Part shown: piece after piece, positions 24,012-37,395 of the stretch | How the letters are laid out: the number at the start of each line of letters is the position of its first letter | Numbering within the stretch: position 1 is the first letter of the stretch | Source: Balanoglossus misakiensis | Lineage: Eukaryota > Animalia > Hemichordata | Assembly (NCBI GenBank): GCA_040954595.2 | Contig: CM082589.2 | Span: 10,738,894-10,802,893, forward strand | DNA: 64,000 bases | Reading direction: 5' to 3' | The notes under the pieces: model-generated | The model's input: the letters and a program-made list of their open reading frames with translations, nothing else | Databases searched by the model: none | Told to the model about the DNA's origin: nothing | Translations under genes and position numbers: made by a program

Positions 24012-27000
24012 TAGTCTGGTTACACTATGAGATAGGTGCCGTTAATCAGAATTTTTGGTAAGGAAGGTTTGAGAAGTCCATTCTATGTAAAAAATGGTGC
24101 TCATTCCAAAAAAGTCAGTCTTATTAACCCCACTCAAGACAAAATTGCCATTTTGGCCATTTTTAACCCCAAAATGGTCTTTTTTAGAAAACACTAAAAA
24201 CACATTGTTTTCGTCACATTCTGAGATCTGATAACATATGATATGCTTATTCTATGTAAAATTTGGTGAATATTACGAAAAAAGTAGTTCGATTGACCCA
24301 AAACAACAGAAAATTGCCTTTTTGACCAATTTTTGCCCCAAAAACGTCATTTTTAGAAAAAAAATAAAACACACGGTTTTCTTCATAATGATTGATCTGG
24401 TGATATATGGAAAGTCAATTCTATGTTAAAAGTGGTGACTTTAAAAAATAAAGCAGTCTTTTTGACCTCAATCAATACAAAAATGCCATTTTTGGCCACT
24501 TTTTGTGGTCAAAAAAGGTCATTTTTACAAAAAAACTAAAAATAAATTGTGTTTATCATATTCAGAGATCATTGGATATATGAAATGTCCATTCTATGTA
24601 AAAAATGGTGCTGATTCCAGAAATAGCAGTCTTATTGACCCTACTCAAGAAAAAATGCCATTTTTGCCACTTTTTGCCCCAAAACGTCATTTTCAGAAAA
24701 CACACAAAATTTATATATTTTCTTCACTTTCGGAGATCTGATAATGTATTATATGCCCACCCTATGTAAAATCTGGTGATTATTCGAAAAAAGCAGATTT
24801 ATTGACCCAACCTAATGCAAAAATGCCCTTTTGGAAAGTTTTTGCCCAAAAAGGCCATTTTTAGAAAAAAATTTAAAAACAAACTTTTCTTCATAAAGCT
24901 CAGAGATCATGTGATATATGAAATGTTCATCCTATGTAAAAAATGGTGCTGATTCCAGAAATAGCAGTCTTATTGATCCTACTCAAGAAAAAATGCCATT
25001 TTGCCACTTTTTGCCCCCAAAACGTCATTTTCAGAAAACACTCAAAATTTATATATTTTCTTCACTTTCGGAGATCTGATAATGAATTATATGCCCACTG
25101 TATGTGAAAAATTTCCAAAAAAGCAGTTTTATTGATGCCACTCAAGATAAAAGTGCCTTTTTGGCAAGTTTTTGCCCAAAAAGTGTCATTTCTAGAAAAT
25201 ACGAAAATTATGCCATTTTCTTCCCATTGGTGATCAAATGATAAATAAAAGTACTAAAAAACCCACTCTTACTGACCCCACTGAGGGAAAAAAATATCAT
25301 TTTGGCCTCTTTGCTCAAAAAGGTAACTGTTAGAAAAAATAAATACAAACTTATTCCTTAATATTCAGAGCCCTTGTGATGTATGTAAATTCGTTTTTTG
25401 TGTGTGTGTGTGTGCAAAAAATATGCTGATACCAGCACAACGGTCTTATTGAGACACCCCGCTCAGTACAAAATTGCCATTTAGCCATCTTTTGGTCAAC
25501 AATAGGCATTTTCAGAAAACAAATATAATTGATGTTTTTGCCTTTTGTGTTCTGATGTTGTATATGCATATTTAAAACGCCATAACCATATAATGTCAAT
25601 TAAATTGATGATATTGAAAGACAGGGTTGCCACAATTTGGCAAATTTAGCCCAAAACTGAACTTAACAATAAGATGATCCATGTATACGCACTGTCTACT
25701 ATAAGTCGATTATGCGTGGTGTGGAATATTTAGGTTCAGATATGCCAGCTCGGGAGAGAGTGTTGAAATTTATTCTCTTCAATCTGAATACAAAATCAGA
25801 AATTATATTATAATTTATATCATACTGATTGGACAGGAGTGCAACGATGCTAGAATACTCAATAGAGCACTGCTAAAACTGGCCCCTGAACTAGCACGCA
25901 GCAGGGAAAATGTGGGTTTAAACTAAATAAACATAAAACCCTTGACGTTTTAATTTGGAACTGCTGTATGGGAATATTTGGGCAATGTGCAATGCCTTTC
26001 TTTTGTCATCTGTATCATGTTTAGAGCTTGGTCCCGGGCGGCGTGTTTACATTCATTGACGCGAGTTTTGTTCCATTCGTAACTTCTTTTCCTCTCGACG
26101 CTGTTTCATCATCATTATGAGTTCAACTTGGGCTAATTTTGCAAAAACTCCAAATACAAACATTTTTTCGGTACAAAATGGCTAAAATGATAATTTTTTC
26201 TTGAGTAGATCTATTTTTGGCTACAAATAGCAAAAAAGGCAATTTTGACAACCAGAGTGCCGTTTTTGGAATAGTCACCAAATTTTACACAGAATGGACT
26301 TTTCATACATGATCAGATCTCTGAATATGGAGAAAACAATTTGTCTTTAGTTTGTTTGTTTTTAATGAACATTTTTGACCAAAAAAGTGGCCGAAATTAC
26401 AAATTTCAATTGAATAGGGTAAGTAAGACTTCCGTTTTTGGAACAGTAACCACGTTTCAATATAGAATGGGCTTTTATTTATAATAAGATCACCGAAAGT
26501 GAAGAAAAGAGAATGCTTATTAATATATTCTTAAAAATAACAATTTTGTGCAAAACTTAGCCAAAAAGGTGATTTCGTCATGGTTGAGGTCATTAAGACT
26601 GCATTTCTGGAATCAACACCTATTTTACAATAAATGTACTTTTCACACATCATAGAATCTCCAAATAAGAATCAAACAGTTTGTTTATAATGATTTTCGA
26701 AAAGTGGCTTTTTGGGCAAAAACTTGTCAAAAAAGCACTGTTTTCTTGAGTGGCGCTAGTAATTTTTTTTTGAATTTTTTCACATAGAGTGGGTACATAA
26801 TACATCATCATCTCCGAAAGTGAAGAAAATATAAAAGTTTTGGGTGTTTTCTAGAAATGACACTTTTTGGGCAAAAACTTGCCAAAGGGCACTTTTATCT
26901 TGGGTGGCATCAATAAAACTGCTTTTTTGGAATTTTTTCACATAAAGTGGGCATATAATACATTATCAGATCTCCGAAAGTGAAGAAAATATATAAATTT

Positions 27001-28090
27001 TGAGTGTTTTCTGAAAATGACGTTTTTGGGGCAAAAAGTGGCAAAAATGGCATTTTTTCTTGAGTAGGATCAATAAGACTGCTATTTCTGGAATTAGCAC
27101 CATTTTTTACATAGGTTGAACACTTCATATATCACATGATCTCTGAGCTTTATGAAGAAAAGTTTGTTTTTAATTTTTTTTTCTAAAAACGGCCTTTTTG
27201 GGTAATAACTTTCCAAAAGGGCATTTTTGCATTAGGTTGGGTCAATAAATCTGCTTTTTTGGAATAATCACCAAGTTTTACATAGGATGGGCATATAAGT
27301 GAAGAAAATATATAAATTTTGAGTGTTTTCTAAAAATGACGTTTTGGGGCAAAAAGTGGCAAAAATGGCATTTTTTTTCTTGAGTAGGGTCAATAAGACT
27401 GCTATTTCTGAAATCAGCACCGTTTTTTACATAGAATGGACACTTCATATATCCAATGATCTCTGAATATGAAAAACACAATTTATTTTTAGTTTTTTTG
27501 TAAAAATGACCTTTTTTGACCTCAAAAAGTGGCCAAAAATGGCATTTTTGTATTGATTGAGGTCAAAAAGACTGCTTTTTTTTTTAAAGTCACCACTTTT
27601 AACATAGAATTGACTTTCCATATATCACCAGATCAACTATTATGAAGAAAACCGTGTTTTTTAATTTTTTTCTAAAAATGACGTTTTTTTGGCAAAAAAT
27701 GGTCAAAAAGGCAATTTTCTGTTGTATTGGGTCAATCGAACTATTTTTTTCGTAATATTCACCAAATTTTACATAGAATAGGCATATCATATGTCATCAG
27801 ATCTTAGAATGTGACGAAAACAGTGTGTTTTTAGTGTTTTCTAAAAAAACACCATTTTTGGGTTAAAAATGGCCAAAATGGCAATTTTGTCTTGAGTGGG
27901 GTCAATAAGACTGACATTTTTGGAATCAGCACCATTTTTTACATAGAATGGACCTCTCAAACCTTCCTTACCAAAAATTCTGATTAACGGCATCTAGCTC
28001 CTGGACTAGGTCCCCTGCCCCATTCCCACTGCCATCGGCGCTACGCTCAAGGGCGCAGCCAGCGGTGGGAATGGGGCAGGGAACAGACTA
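24012..28090. mobile_element. Small (~110-bp) non-autonomous element with TAG..CTA ends and a 9-bp TSD (AcademH-like), split by a foldback insertion
   Basis: CTTCACTTG|TAGTCTG ... CAGACTA|CTTCACTTG, with the TSD at 24003-24011 and 28091-28099. There is an internal hairpin at ~28013-28082. Confidence 0.7.
24029..28000. mobile_element. Non-coding foldback transposon of ~4 kb with >1-kb TIRs built from ~180-bp subrepeats
   Basis: 24029-~25200 is the reverse complement of ~26850-28000 (GAGATAGGTGCCGTTAATCAGAATTTTTGG / CCAAAAATTCTGATTAACGGCATCTAGCTC). The ORF track shows mirrored pseudo-peptides. GAG..CTC ends are Sola-like, but no clean TSD is visible. Confidence 0.85.
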
Positions 28091-28194
28091 CTTCACTTGT
28101 GGAATAAAGTGCTCATTTCTTGTGTATCTGCATTTTGTCGATGTTATCGCTCCTCTGGCAGAGAAGCCAGGGTGCTAGCTGTTGGCTTTAATAA

Positions 28195-28447
28195 GGGACT
28201 GTTCAGAATTTACTTCCAGGGGGCGGAGAATTTTCAGAGGGGGGGGGGACCACCCATTTTCTCCAAGACAAATTAGGGGAGACTAGACATAAAAGTCACA
28301 ATAGGGGGACCATGGAAAATCCCCAGGAAATTTAAGGGGGGACCACATATTTCCTCCACAATTTACTAGGGGAGACCATGGGAAAAAATCACCAGGAAAA
28401 TAAAAAATCCTCCATCCCCAACTTGGAAGTAAATTCTGAACAGTCCT
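28195..28447. mobile_element. PIF/Harbinger-like MITE
   Basis: TIR GGACTGTTCAGAATTTACTTCCA, flanked by TAA and TCA, with a G-run-rich interior. Confidence 0.75.
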
Positions 28448-30207
28448 TCATGGTTGTTTGTTTGTTTGTTTGCCTGTTTGTTTATTCGTATCTTTGTTTG
28501 TTTGTGTATTCTATCTCATTTAATATGATGCTTCTGTCACATTTGGCATTTACTGTCGCATAAACAATGACCAAACCGACTCGACTGCGTTTGGATGCAC
28601 GATGGACTTAAGAGTGAATCCATCGGTGTTTACCGGCCAAAACAAAACCGTTTGATTTCTTTAACACTGTTGCAACAAGTGAGACCCTAGTACATGTAGT
28701 ATATAAATCAGAAGTCCGGTGCATGTTTGCCAGTGACACCTACCACAAAATGGTATCGCCCAAATAATGTTGGGCGCGCCCGTGGAAGTTATAAGCCCGG
28801 CGCTTTTTCCTCATGATTAATAAAACAGTTAACACAACATTGGAAATTCAGCCAATTTGTCCCTGTTTTGTAGAAATAGTGCGAGCTATACATGGCGAAA
28901 AGTTTTTCAAAAAATAGATCAAAATGGGAATTCAAATTAGTGAATATTATTGGCACTTACAGAGTTTTAATTCAAAATAGAGGATTCATTCCAATGAATA
29001 TGCAAGTCAAGAAGTCACATAGGGATCATGACAATGACCTATTGATCATGTCATGATGATTATGTACAAGAGAGAAGTAAAAAACTGGTTATTGCTTGAA
29101 TTTCATGTTTCTTTTTAATCAGATGTAGTCAACAGTCTTTCAACAAGTCTATAACATGATTTTGAAATGATTTTCAAAAGTACACAATTCCATACGAAAA
29201 TGTTACTTTAAGATTTGTAAATTTTTCTGTATATTTGAGTTCACGTGCATAGGCTGACTCAAACATTCTTTGCATCAACATTTACCGTCCTTTCAAAAAT
29301 CTTGCCTGTAGTCCAGGTTTTACATTTGCACTTAATAGCATTATAACACCATCATGTCATCCACATGTTACCCTCACAGCCAGTCACTGTGTGTATATTG
29401 TGATTCATGAAGTACATGTAGTGCTACATATTTTTTGTGGAGATGAGACACACACACACATAGCAACCGATAGACAGACTGCTTGATAATATGCTCTGAC
29501 TGATCCCTAAAGCTGAAACTTGTATGTGTTTGTACATACAACACAAAGGAACTAAAAATAGGGCATTCACATAGGGACCATTGAAAGTTTTCTGAAACAT
29601 CTCAACTCAAACATTGACATAAAAAATACTTTGTGAACAATTAAAGTCTTCCTGGAACGTTTCAGATTTGAGACGGTTTTGCCAGCCAGACCTGATCCGG
29701 TGTAATGATTAACACCTCTTCGCAACCCATTGTCTATGGGGCCGAGCCTCGCAGTGCCTATACATAAACTTTGTGTGTGTGGACACAAACGACTCAAAGG
29801 ATTAATGCTCTGTGTTTACCATAGGCAAATAGTGTCTCAAATTTTTCCCTGCCTGAACCTGGTATCTGAAATGTTTCTCATTTTACCCAGTGTAAACATG
29901 GTGAAAGACAAAATGTCCTATACCTGTATAACATAGATCATAAATTTATAATACCAGGGTTTACTTGGTCTGATTGAAGCTCTGTAATTGGTTGAAGCAA
30001 GGGTTTTTATTACATATGTACCGTCGATTACTTGCACCGAGCGCGCGCGTAACATCGGTATTTGCACTCAGTGCAATACCAAAAACATTATGCTATACCT
30101 GTATGCAAATGAGTGGCCTGTTCACGAAACAAGCAATATCATTCCGCGGTCTCATTTCTTTCATTTTCGGTCTTTTTTTCAAAATGGGATGAACATATGT
30201 AATAAAA

Positions 30208-30400
30208 ACAGAACCCCATGGCTCAATCGTGCAAGCACGGCGTACCGGTAGTATTTGCACTCGTGCTGGCGGTGTATTCTTGCTGCCCCCCGCACGAGCG
30301 ACAGCGAGTGCGGGGGACGGGCGCAAGAATACACCGCCAGACACTCGATGCAAATACTACCGTTACGCCGTGCTTGCACGATCGAGCCATGGGGTTCTGT
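30208..30400. repeat. GC-rich 193-bp imperfect palindrome, probably the core of a non-autonomous DNA element
   Basis: ACAGAACCCCATGGCTC...GAGCCATGGGGTTCTGT pairs nearly to the centre. An adjacent inverted pair links 30001-30018 with 30193-30210. Confidence 0.85.
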
Positions 30401-31110
30401 CATAACATTCTCTACTAGAAGACCTGAACAGTAAATAACTGAAATAAAATACACAAAAGAGAATGCATCTGAATAGAACACAATTTATTAACTTGGATTG
30501 GTCATGGGCATCAGGGCGCTCTACTTAAGAAATTCTAGAACATGTTTGTACAAGTGGCATTTTCATGAGCAGTGAGCAACGAGGCCTTTCTGGCATGTAA
30601 TACTTAAAATCCAAACATCAGATTTTTTATCACACAAAATCATATTATATATAATGACATTATAAATGGTGTGCGCTTATATTTGGTTACGGATTTAAAA
30701 CCTCTTTGAGGAAAATTTTGCAGAGAGGTCTTGTATCTACAACCAAATAACCACTATGTTCATATCATTCAGATTGCTCAGTACTATCAGCGAGTTCACC
30801 AGTGGTTTCCAGAAATCTATAGGCTAAACATATGCCATTTTCATTGTGCCTCCCCCCATCTATTTCAATACAATAAATAATGGCTGGCTTGATTTTTCAC
30901 CAGGACTTTTAAACAATAGTTTTTGTTAAGATATAGACAACATTCCAGATGTGTATGAAAACTCGAGGAAAATAATAACATTTGACCTGTCATCAGTTGT
31001 GAATTAATTAAATATTTTCATAAACTACACATTATAATCAAATTTAAACTCGTATGTAATGAATAATCGTCTCAACATAAGAGCTGCTAAGGCTAGACTC
31101 AACAGCACTA

Positions 31111-31599
31111 TCAACACGAAAGAATTACTATTTTCTTGCTGACGTATCTGGCGATTATTCTGATTTGATAGTGTGTCGTTTCTTCTTCTGGGTTGCTCAT
31201 ACCCTTGCTGGCTGACATTTCTTTGTCGTATGTTTGTCTCTGTGGTAGCATTGTCATTGGCATTTCTCTGGGGGTGTTTTCTGTGTTGGCAGTTGCAGGT
31301 TCTGGTGCTAGGGGAGTGTTGACATCTGCCTGGGGTGTTGCATCGGCTGGCGGTTGAACGGTGTTGTCGTTGTTCGATGCCGCATCTCTGTGTCGTGGCG
31401 GCTGTCCGGCTCCTGCAAACGCAGCGTACTGAGACACGAATGGGTTCGGGTATGACATCTGCTGGAAGTGTTGCTGGTATGCTGCGGCTGGATAGGGTGG
31501 GGGTTGTTGGTTCGCAGAAGCTACAGGCTGGGGTGTGTTTGTGCTTGTGCTTGTTGTGGCAGTATCAGCAGAGGTTGCTATGCTTTTCTTTGTCTCTTC
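31111..31599 (-). CDS. Isolated Pro/Gln/Thr/Ala-rich coding-like exon; product unknown
   Basis: A strong acceptor TTCTTTTTATCCTCCACAG is followed in phase 0 by a 162-codon open frame EETKKSIATSADTATTSTSTNTPQPVASANQQPPPYPAAAYQQHFQQMSYPNPFVSQY.... GC is higher than in the flanks, and no partner exons were recognised. Confidence 0.5.
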   Translation of the reverse strand, partial: EETKKSIATSADTATTSTSTNTPQPVASANQQPPPYPAAAYQQHFQQMSYPNPFVSQYAAFAGAGQPPRHRDAASNNDNTVQPPADATPQADVNTPLAPEPATANTENTPREMPMTMLPQRQTYDKEMSASKGMSNPEEETTHYQIRIIARYVSKKIVILSC

Positions 31600-31904
31600 C
31601 TGTGGAGGATAAAAAGAACACAGTGTTTTTGCAAAGGTCGGGGAACACTGGTAATGGATTTGGGAACCCCGTTAATATTCCTATAACCTCCTAATATAAC
31701 CACATTGATACACCCAGGGGAACCCCGGTAAAATGACTGGGGAACTCTGGTAGACTGCCTGACCACTGTGACATTGGCCTTGTTCTGTTGTTTTAATTCG
31801 GAGTGACTGGGGTACTCCGGTAGATTTTATCTAGGTACCGCCCTTAACAAAAACACTAGAACAGAATCACAATTTGGAAGGCATGAGAGGCAAATACCAT
31901 TTAA

Positions 31905-32850
31905 GGATGTACACGCACAACATAAACTGATAAACAGTGCATGTGTGTCTGTTCCTGAAAGGATTACATCGATAATTGCCAGAAAACAAACTTCTACTAT
32001 TGTCTTTTTCACGAAATTTTACACATAGCTCAGTCAAGTAAACGTAAATTCATTGGTCAAAAAAAATTATGTGGTCACCAAGCTCTATTATGAGATAAAT
32101 TGCGTTAAAATCTTCGCCCATAGACAAACCATTGGTGAAAAATGCTGAGACAGCAAATTTCTTCTATTATCAACTAAATTCATGGCTCTGTATTTTTTTT
32201 AAAAAGGGCAATGACCCCTACAATTTTTAACGAATTCTCATTATACATACACAGCATAATCCAAAAATCCACAATTAAAAGAATGACAATACTTTCAACG
32301 TGTATAATACCAGCATACACCTGTTTCAAGTCCAGTGTCCTAATACACCATCATCATGAATTGGAACTCAAAGCAAGGCCAATGAGCAAACCCAGATTGA
32401 CAACTCATTACACCAGCAAAGTGGTTTCTTTATGGAAGTGGTGGTACCAATAAATACTTTATTCAAGGTAAGAATTTCTTATTGTAGCAGTATTTTCATT
32501 TCCATTCATGTTTTAAAGGCCTTTTTTGTAGATTCTGAGTTTCTATGCCAGACAAAGTATGATTATTTTTCCACTAATGCAGCCTGAATTAAAGTCAACA
32601 TTTTTCACCATAGGTCTTTCTATGTTATTTTTCTATAGGCATGGACACATTTAAGTTTATCTCAAAACTGAGCACAGTGGTGAGCCTACAACTTATATGA
32701 ATCACTCAATTTAATTTCATTTGGATGAGTTATGAGTGAAACTTCTTAAAATTACAATAGTAGAAAAGGGTTTTCTATCAATTCTTAATGTTATCCTATG
32801 GGAAGAAACACATTCCATGAGCTCATACATGTAGTGTGTGCCATTCTTAA
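31905..32850. mobile_element. Old Kolobok-like non-autonomous element with diverged inverted arms
   Basis: Starts TTAA|GGATGTAC, as at 41406. 31950-32150 is an inverted homolog of 32600-32812 and of 41575-41752. Confidence 0.5.
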
Positions 32851-33934
32851 CCCTTTCAGTATTATATGAATCAGATATAGAAGCTTGTTCAACGTCCCGT
32901 TGCGGCCAAGCCAATCAGATTGCACGTTATGTCAATCAAAACTGAAGGATACCTAAAGTTCTCTATAAGGCACCGTCTGATTGGTTTACTAGAGTTTTCA
33001 ACGGGAGCTTCTATGGGAGTTGGTCAGATGTAGTGTGAGGCGACAGTATAAGAATACCGTACTGCGAAGTAAAAGACGTCGCCGTACCCTACATCTGATT
33101 TTAATCAGATTGTATGCACACATAAGCTGGTTTAGAATACTGATAAACCCTGATGAAACAATCTCAGTAAAATATATACAGATGAGAATGAGAATGCAGT
33201 TAAAGTTAAATATACATTCGTTGTATCTTTTGGCTTTATTTCCAGTATTTTTGTTCTATGTAGCAAATGCGATTTCATGTTCTACTCCACACAGATTGTT
33301 ACTTGTCAGCACAGAATGTATGTGTATAATGGCCATTGTCATTGTTGACAATAATTCATGGATTCTAGTCTGGACTTAAATTCCAATTTGGCACAATAAC
33401 AATGCTGACCATACACATATATGTTTCATCATGTTTCGGGAATTTGCACAAGAAACTGCTAAACAAAGATACTGAAAACATAGGAAAAAGGTAAAGGTAA
33501 TGGAGCTTTAATTACAATTCACACTGTATACAAAATCCATGTAAAAATTCAAAATACTGGATTTGTCAGCTTCAACTGATATGGGGGTCACACAAGAAAT
33601 TGCTAAAACGTCTCAGATCAAATACTGGCATAAATTATTATTGGTGAATGGTTTAAGTGGTCCTGAATCTTCTCAGATTTGAGACACGTCTCTTACCAGG
33701 TTCACACAGGGTAAAATTTGAGACACTATTAGTCTATGGTAAACACAGAGCGTTAATACTTTGGGGGGGGGGGTTAGCTGGGCAGGCCCGCCCTCCTTTA
33801 TTTTTTGCCACCCTGCTATCTTACGCGCCGCCCTGCTTTCTTTTCATTCCCGCCTTGGTAAATATTTATTGTTTCTGGTGCACGCTCCCGCATGCGGCTG
33901 GCATTTGAGAGAATGATATTTATTCAGTTTAGGG

Positions 33935-35024
33935 ATGTTTTGTCGCCTTTGTACAAAACACAAGCAGAAGGCCAAGTGCGGAGGGACTTGGGTTACAACA
34001 TCTCCATGTACATGTACCACCCTTCGCGAAGACAAACTCAAGCAGCATGAAGAGACGATTATCGACCGGGCGGCAATGCAGCTTGACGCCGAGGCAGCAG
34101 TTATCGAGAACAGCAGCGGTCTTGTGGCTGCATTTGACAAGGTCATCACCTTTGAGACGCAAGCCTTCATGCATCGGCGTCCTACGATGCATGTATTTTC
34201 TCATGCACAGAGAATTGCCGCACACCACCAACTTCATCCATGTTTTGGAATTGGCAAAGTCCCTCGGGTGTTCATTCCTTGGTACTCTCAGCAGTGATGA
34301 CCACAACTATAATGGTTTATTGCATTGGTAAGTAGGTCTACTGATTTTTGTGCAGATCTAAATTGTAGGCAATGTAGTAACATTTATTTAAACCTGGTTG
34401 TTTTCAAGAAAGGATCACTGTTTAAACAATAGTGTTACACTCAATAAAGAATAATTACTGTACAAATTACTGTGAATTTTGATAAGTTTAATCTGAAGAG
34501 TAATTTTCATTTATTTTATTTTTCAGGCAAAGTCATCCGTGATGAGATTTTAGAGAAGATGAAAGGAAGTAACTTCTATTCACCGTTAATAGATGAAAAC
34601 AACTAATGTGGCTGTATTGAAGCAATTAATCATCTATTCCAAGTACACCTTGAAGTCTGGGAAGTCAGTTGTGTCTTTCCTTGGAGTTAAAGAAGTAAGT
34701 GGAAAGTTTTTCAATTTTTAAGTCTACACTGAATTAAAAACATACGATTAAACATGTTTTTGAGTGACCTCATTTAATTGATTTTGCTGACTAGTTATTT
34801 CAGGTGAGACAAACATTGAGTTGTACATTGCATGTGTTAACATCAAGGTTTTATTTTCACTGTTTTAGGTTGGTGATGGCAGAGCAGACACCATTGCACA
34901 GTCAGTGAAAGAGTTTTCTTCAGAGAATGGTATTGTCTTAAGAGATCGTCTGTCTGCTTTGGGCAGTGATGGTGCTCCTGTTATGCTAGGACAGAAAGGA
35001 GGGGTGGCTACCAAACTAAAAGAA
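33935..35024 (+). pseudogene. Intron-containing hAT-superfamily transposase remnant (ZNF862/C17orf113-like), frameshifted and 3'-truncated
   Basis: Exon ~33935-34327 has a zinc-finger-like MFCRLC..W..PC..L..DKLKQHE and, in a shifted frame, LRCMYFL..RELPHTTNF..LELAKSLG. Exon 34527-34694 reads FYSPLIDE/TNVAVLKQLIIY. Exon 34869-35024 reads DGRADTI..LGSDGAPVMLGQKGGVATKLKE. All introns are GT-AG. Confidence 0.88.
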
Positions 35025-35835
35025 GTGAGTGAAATTTTGAGTTGTGAAGACATTGTGATTTTGTAAGTTTTTAGTTGGTGTCTTTATATCGTGACAATAA
35101 TAATAGTAATAATTAAAGCTGCAAGCAGCATTGAATGGGCCCAAGCATAGAGATAATAACCATTAGACTCCATTCAGGGTTGTACCATTCAATTGCGTAG
35201 GCTGTATTTGCTCTGGATGTGGAGATATGGGGAAGTAGGCAACCACCCGAAATGGATGTCCTACAAGTACAAACACAACAACCACAAGTGAACTTCTACG
35301 TTATGTAAGGACTTCAGTTAAGTACTTCAAAGGTCAGCTGAGGGTACCCAAAAATTGGGCCAAAAATTTGGATTCCTATTTGGTTCATATTCAAGACAAC
35401 GGAAAATTCTCGCCCTTTGGGTTTTTAAAATTAGGTATGGCCATAATAATGAGTTACGCAAGTAAGTTACAGGTGGCCCTAGGAATTTAGCATTTCATGA
35501 CGGTCCTACCCTACCCCTCCAAACACGTGGCTATATATGATGTGCATGCTAACATATGGAAAGCAGGTCAATGGACACCTGAGGTCATTCAAAAATTTGA
35601 CAGAAAAATTTCATTCCTGTTTATGTCTTGTGCAACAAATCCTACATTTGCAGCCCTTTCACTTTGCCTAACATTAGGTATGCACGTAATACATGAATCA
35701 AGCAGGTGTCAAAGGTATCCCCCTGTATTTGGCATTTCATGATAGTTTCATCCCTCCAAATACCAAAGCTGCACCTGTACAACGGGATGAGATATGGCAC
35801 TCTATGACAGAGGTCATCCAAATCACCTTATACAT

Positions 35836-36688
35836 CAATCAATCAATCAATCAGAGAAATTTGTATAGCGCCAATATCTATAACAAGTGTCATACTCAAA
35901 GGCGCTTGTGCTCATTGGCCCACACCATATGCTCTTGCGAAATAATGCGTCTTCAGTCTTTTCTTAAAGATACTCAAACTTGGAGCTTGACGAATGTTCC
36001 ACAGTTTCGTTGCAGCATGAGAGAATGCTCGGCCACCGTATGAAGAACGTTTGTACATTGTAGTGCATAAAAGGCTCTTATTAGCTGAACGAAGCCTGCG
36101 ACCAGGAGAATATGTCCGAATGAGATCGCGGATATAGTTCGGAGCGAGATTATTTAAGGCTTTGTATGTGAGCAGATTTATTTTATACTCTATCCTGTGG
36201 CGAACTGGTAACCAATGAAGAAGTTGAAGAACTGGCGTTATATGGGCAGACTTCCTGGACCGAGTTATGATTCTTGCAGCTGTATTTTGTGTGCGTTGTA
36301 GAAGGTTCAGACTGCGTTCTGGTATACCATACAGTAATGCATTACCATAGTCGAGTTTCGCTGCCAAAATAGCATGAATCACTGTTTGACATGTTGCTTT
36401 GTTAAGAAATTTCCTGATTTGTCCGACACGGCGAAAGTGGTAATATATTGATTGACAAGTTTTCTTGATGTGATCTTTATACATGTGCGTATTGTCAAAT
36501 ATTACACCAATATTGCGAGCTGATTTAACGACGGGAACAGAGCTTGAACCAATGGTAATCTTGTCAATAGCATCAGCAGAGTGATGAAATTGTGAACGAA
36601 TAAGTAGAATCTCAGTTTTTGGAGTCGTTGAGTTGAAGCTTGTTTTGGGTCATCCAGTCCTTAAGATCACGGATACAGGCCTCAATGG
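35836..36688 (-). mobile_element. 5'-truncated L2/CR1-group LINE (RT C-terminal region)
   Basis: Reads WMTQNKLQLN..KTEILL, LDYGNALLYG, HITPVLQLLHWLPVRHRIEYKI and FKKRLKTHYF, with a (TGAT)n tail. ACAT is duplicated at the junctions, and the empty site TTATACATTTGGGCA is at ~62376. Confidence 0.93.
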
Positions 36689-37395
36689 ACATTTGGGCAC
36701 AAACCAACTGACACTTACATTCGTCCCTGTGGAACAAAAACCAGCCCTATCGCCCTGTTGGTTAGTGTCTAATTAAATGTACAAAATCAATGACTTAGGC
36801 AGGTGCAACAGACGACCCCGCCTTTGGTATATCATTATGGTCCCATCCGTATATGCCCCCCCCCCCTCCCAAGCCAAAGCTGCATGCATCTGCTGTGGAT
36901 GCTCACTAAGCAAAAGTAGGTGAAAGGTCACATAAGGTCGCCCACAACTTGACGGGAAAATCGGACTTCATATTGATCCATGTGCAACAAATAGCACGCT
37001 ACCACCCCTTTCATTGACCCCACAATTACGCATGCACATAATTATTGAGTTATGCAGGTGTCACAGGTGACACCCGAATCGGGTGTATTATTTTAGTCCC
37101 ATACAGCTGCATGTAGCTGCGTGCCGTTACGGGCGACCTGATAACCCACACGGCCACCTGCGGGCCGACCCCCATACTGAACGTCCAGTTGCAACATCAC
37201 GACTGAAGTAGGAACTTTTGAACGGCAACGAAGCCTGATCTCTGATTATTGCTGGTACCATACTCCTGTCGTGCAAGAAAATCACTGGTCTGCTGACGTA
37301 TTTCAGCCAATTTCCCAAACTACTATCCACTACATGTGACTACAATGCTAATGAAACCTCCCACAACATTAGCGACTTAGGGTCAAAGTCCACTG

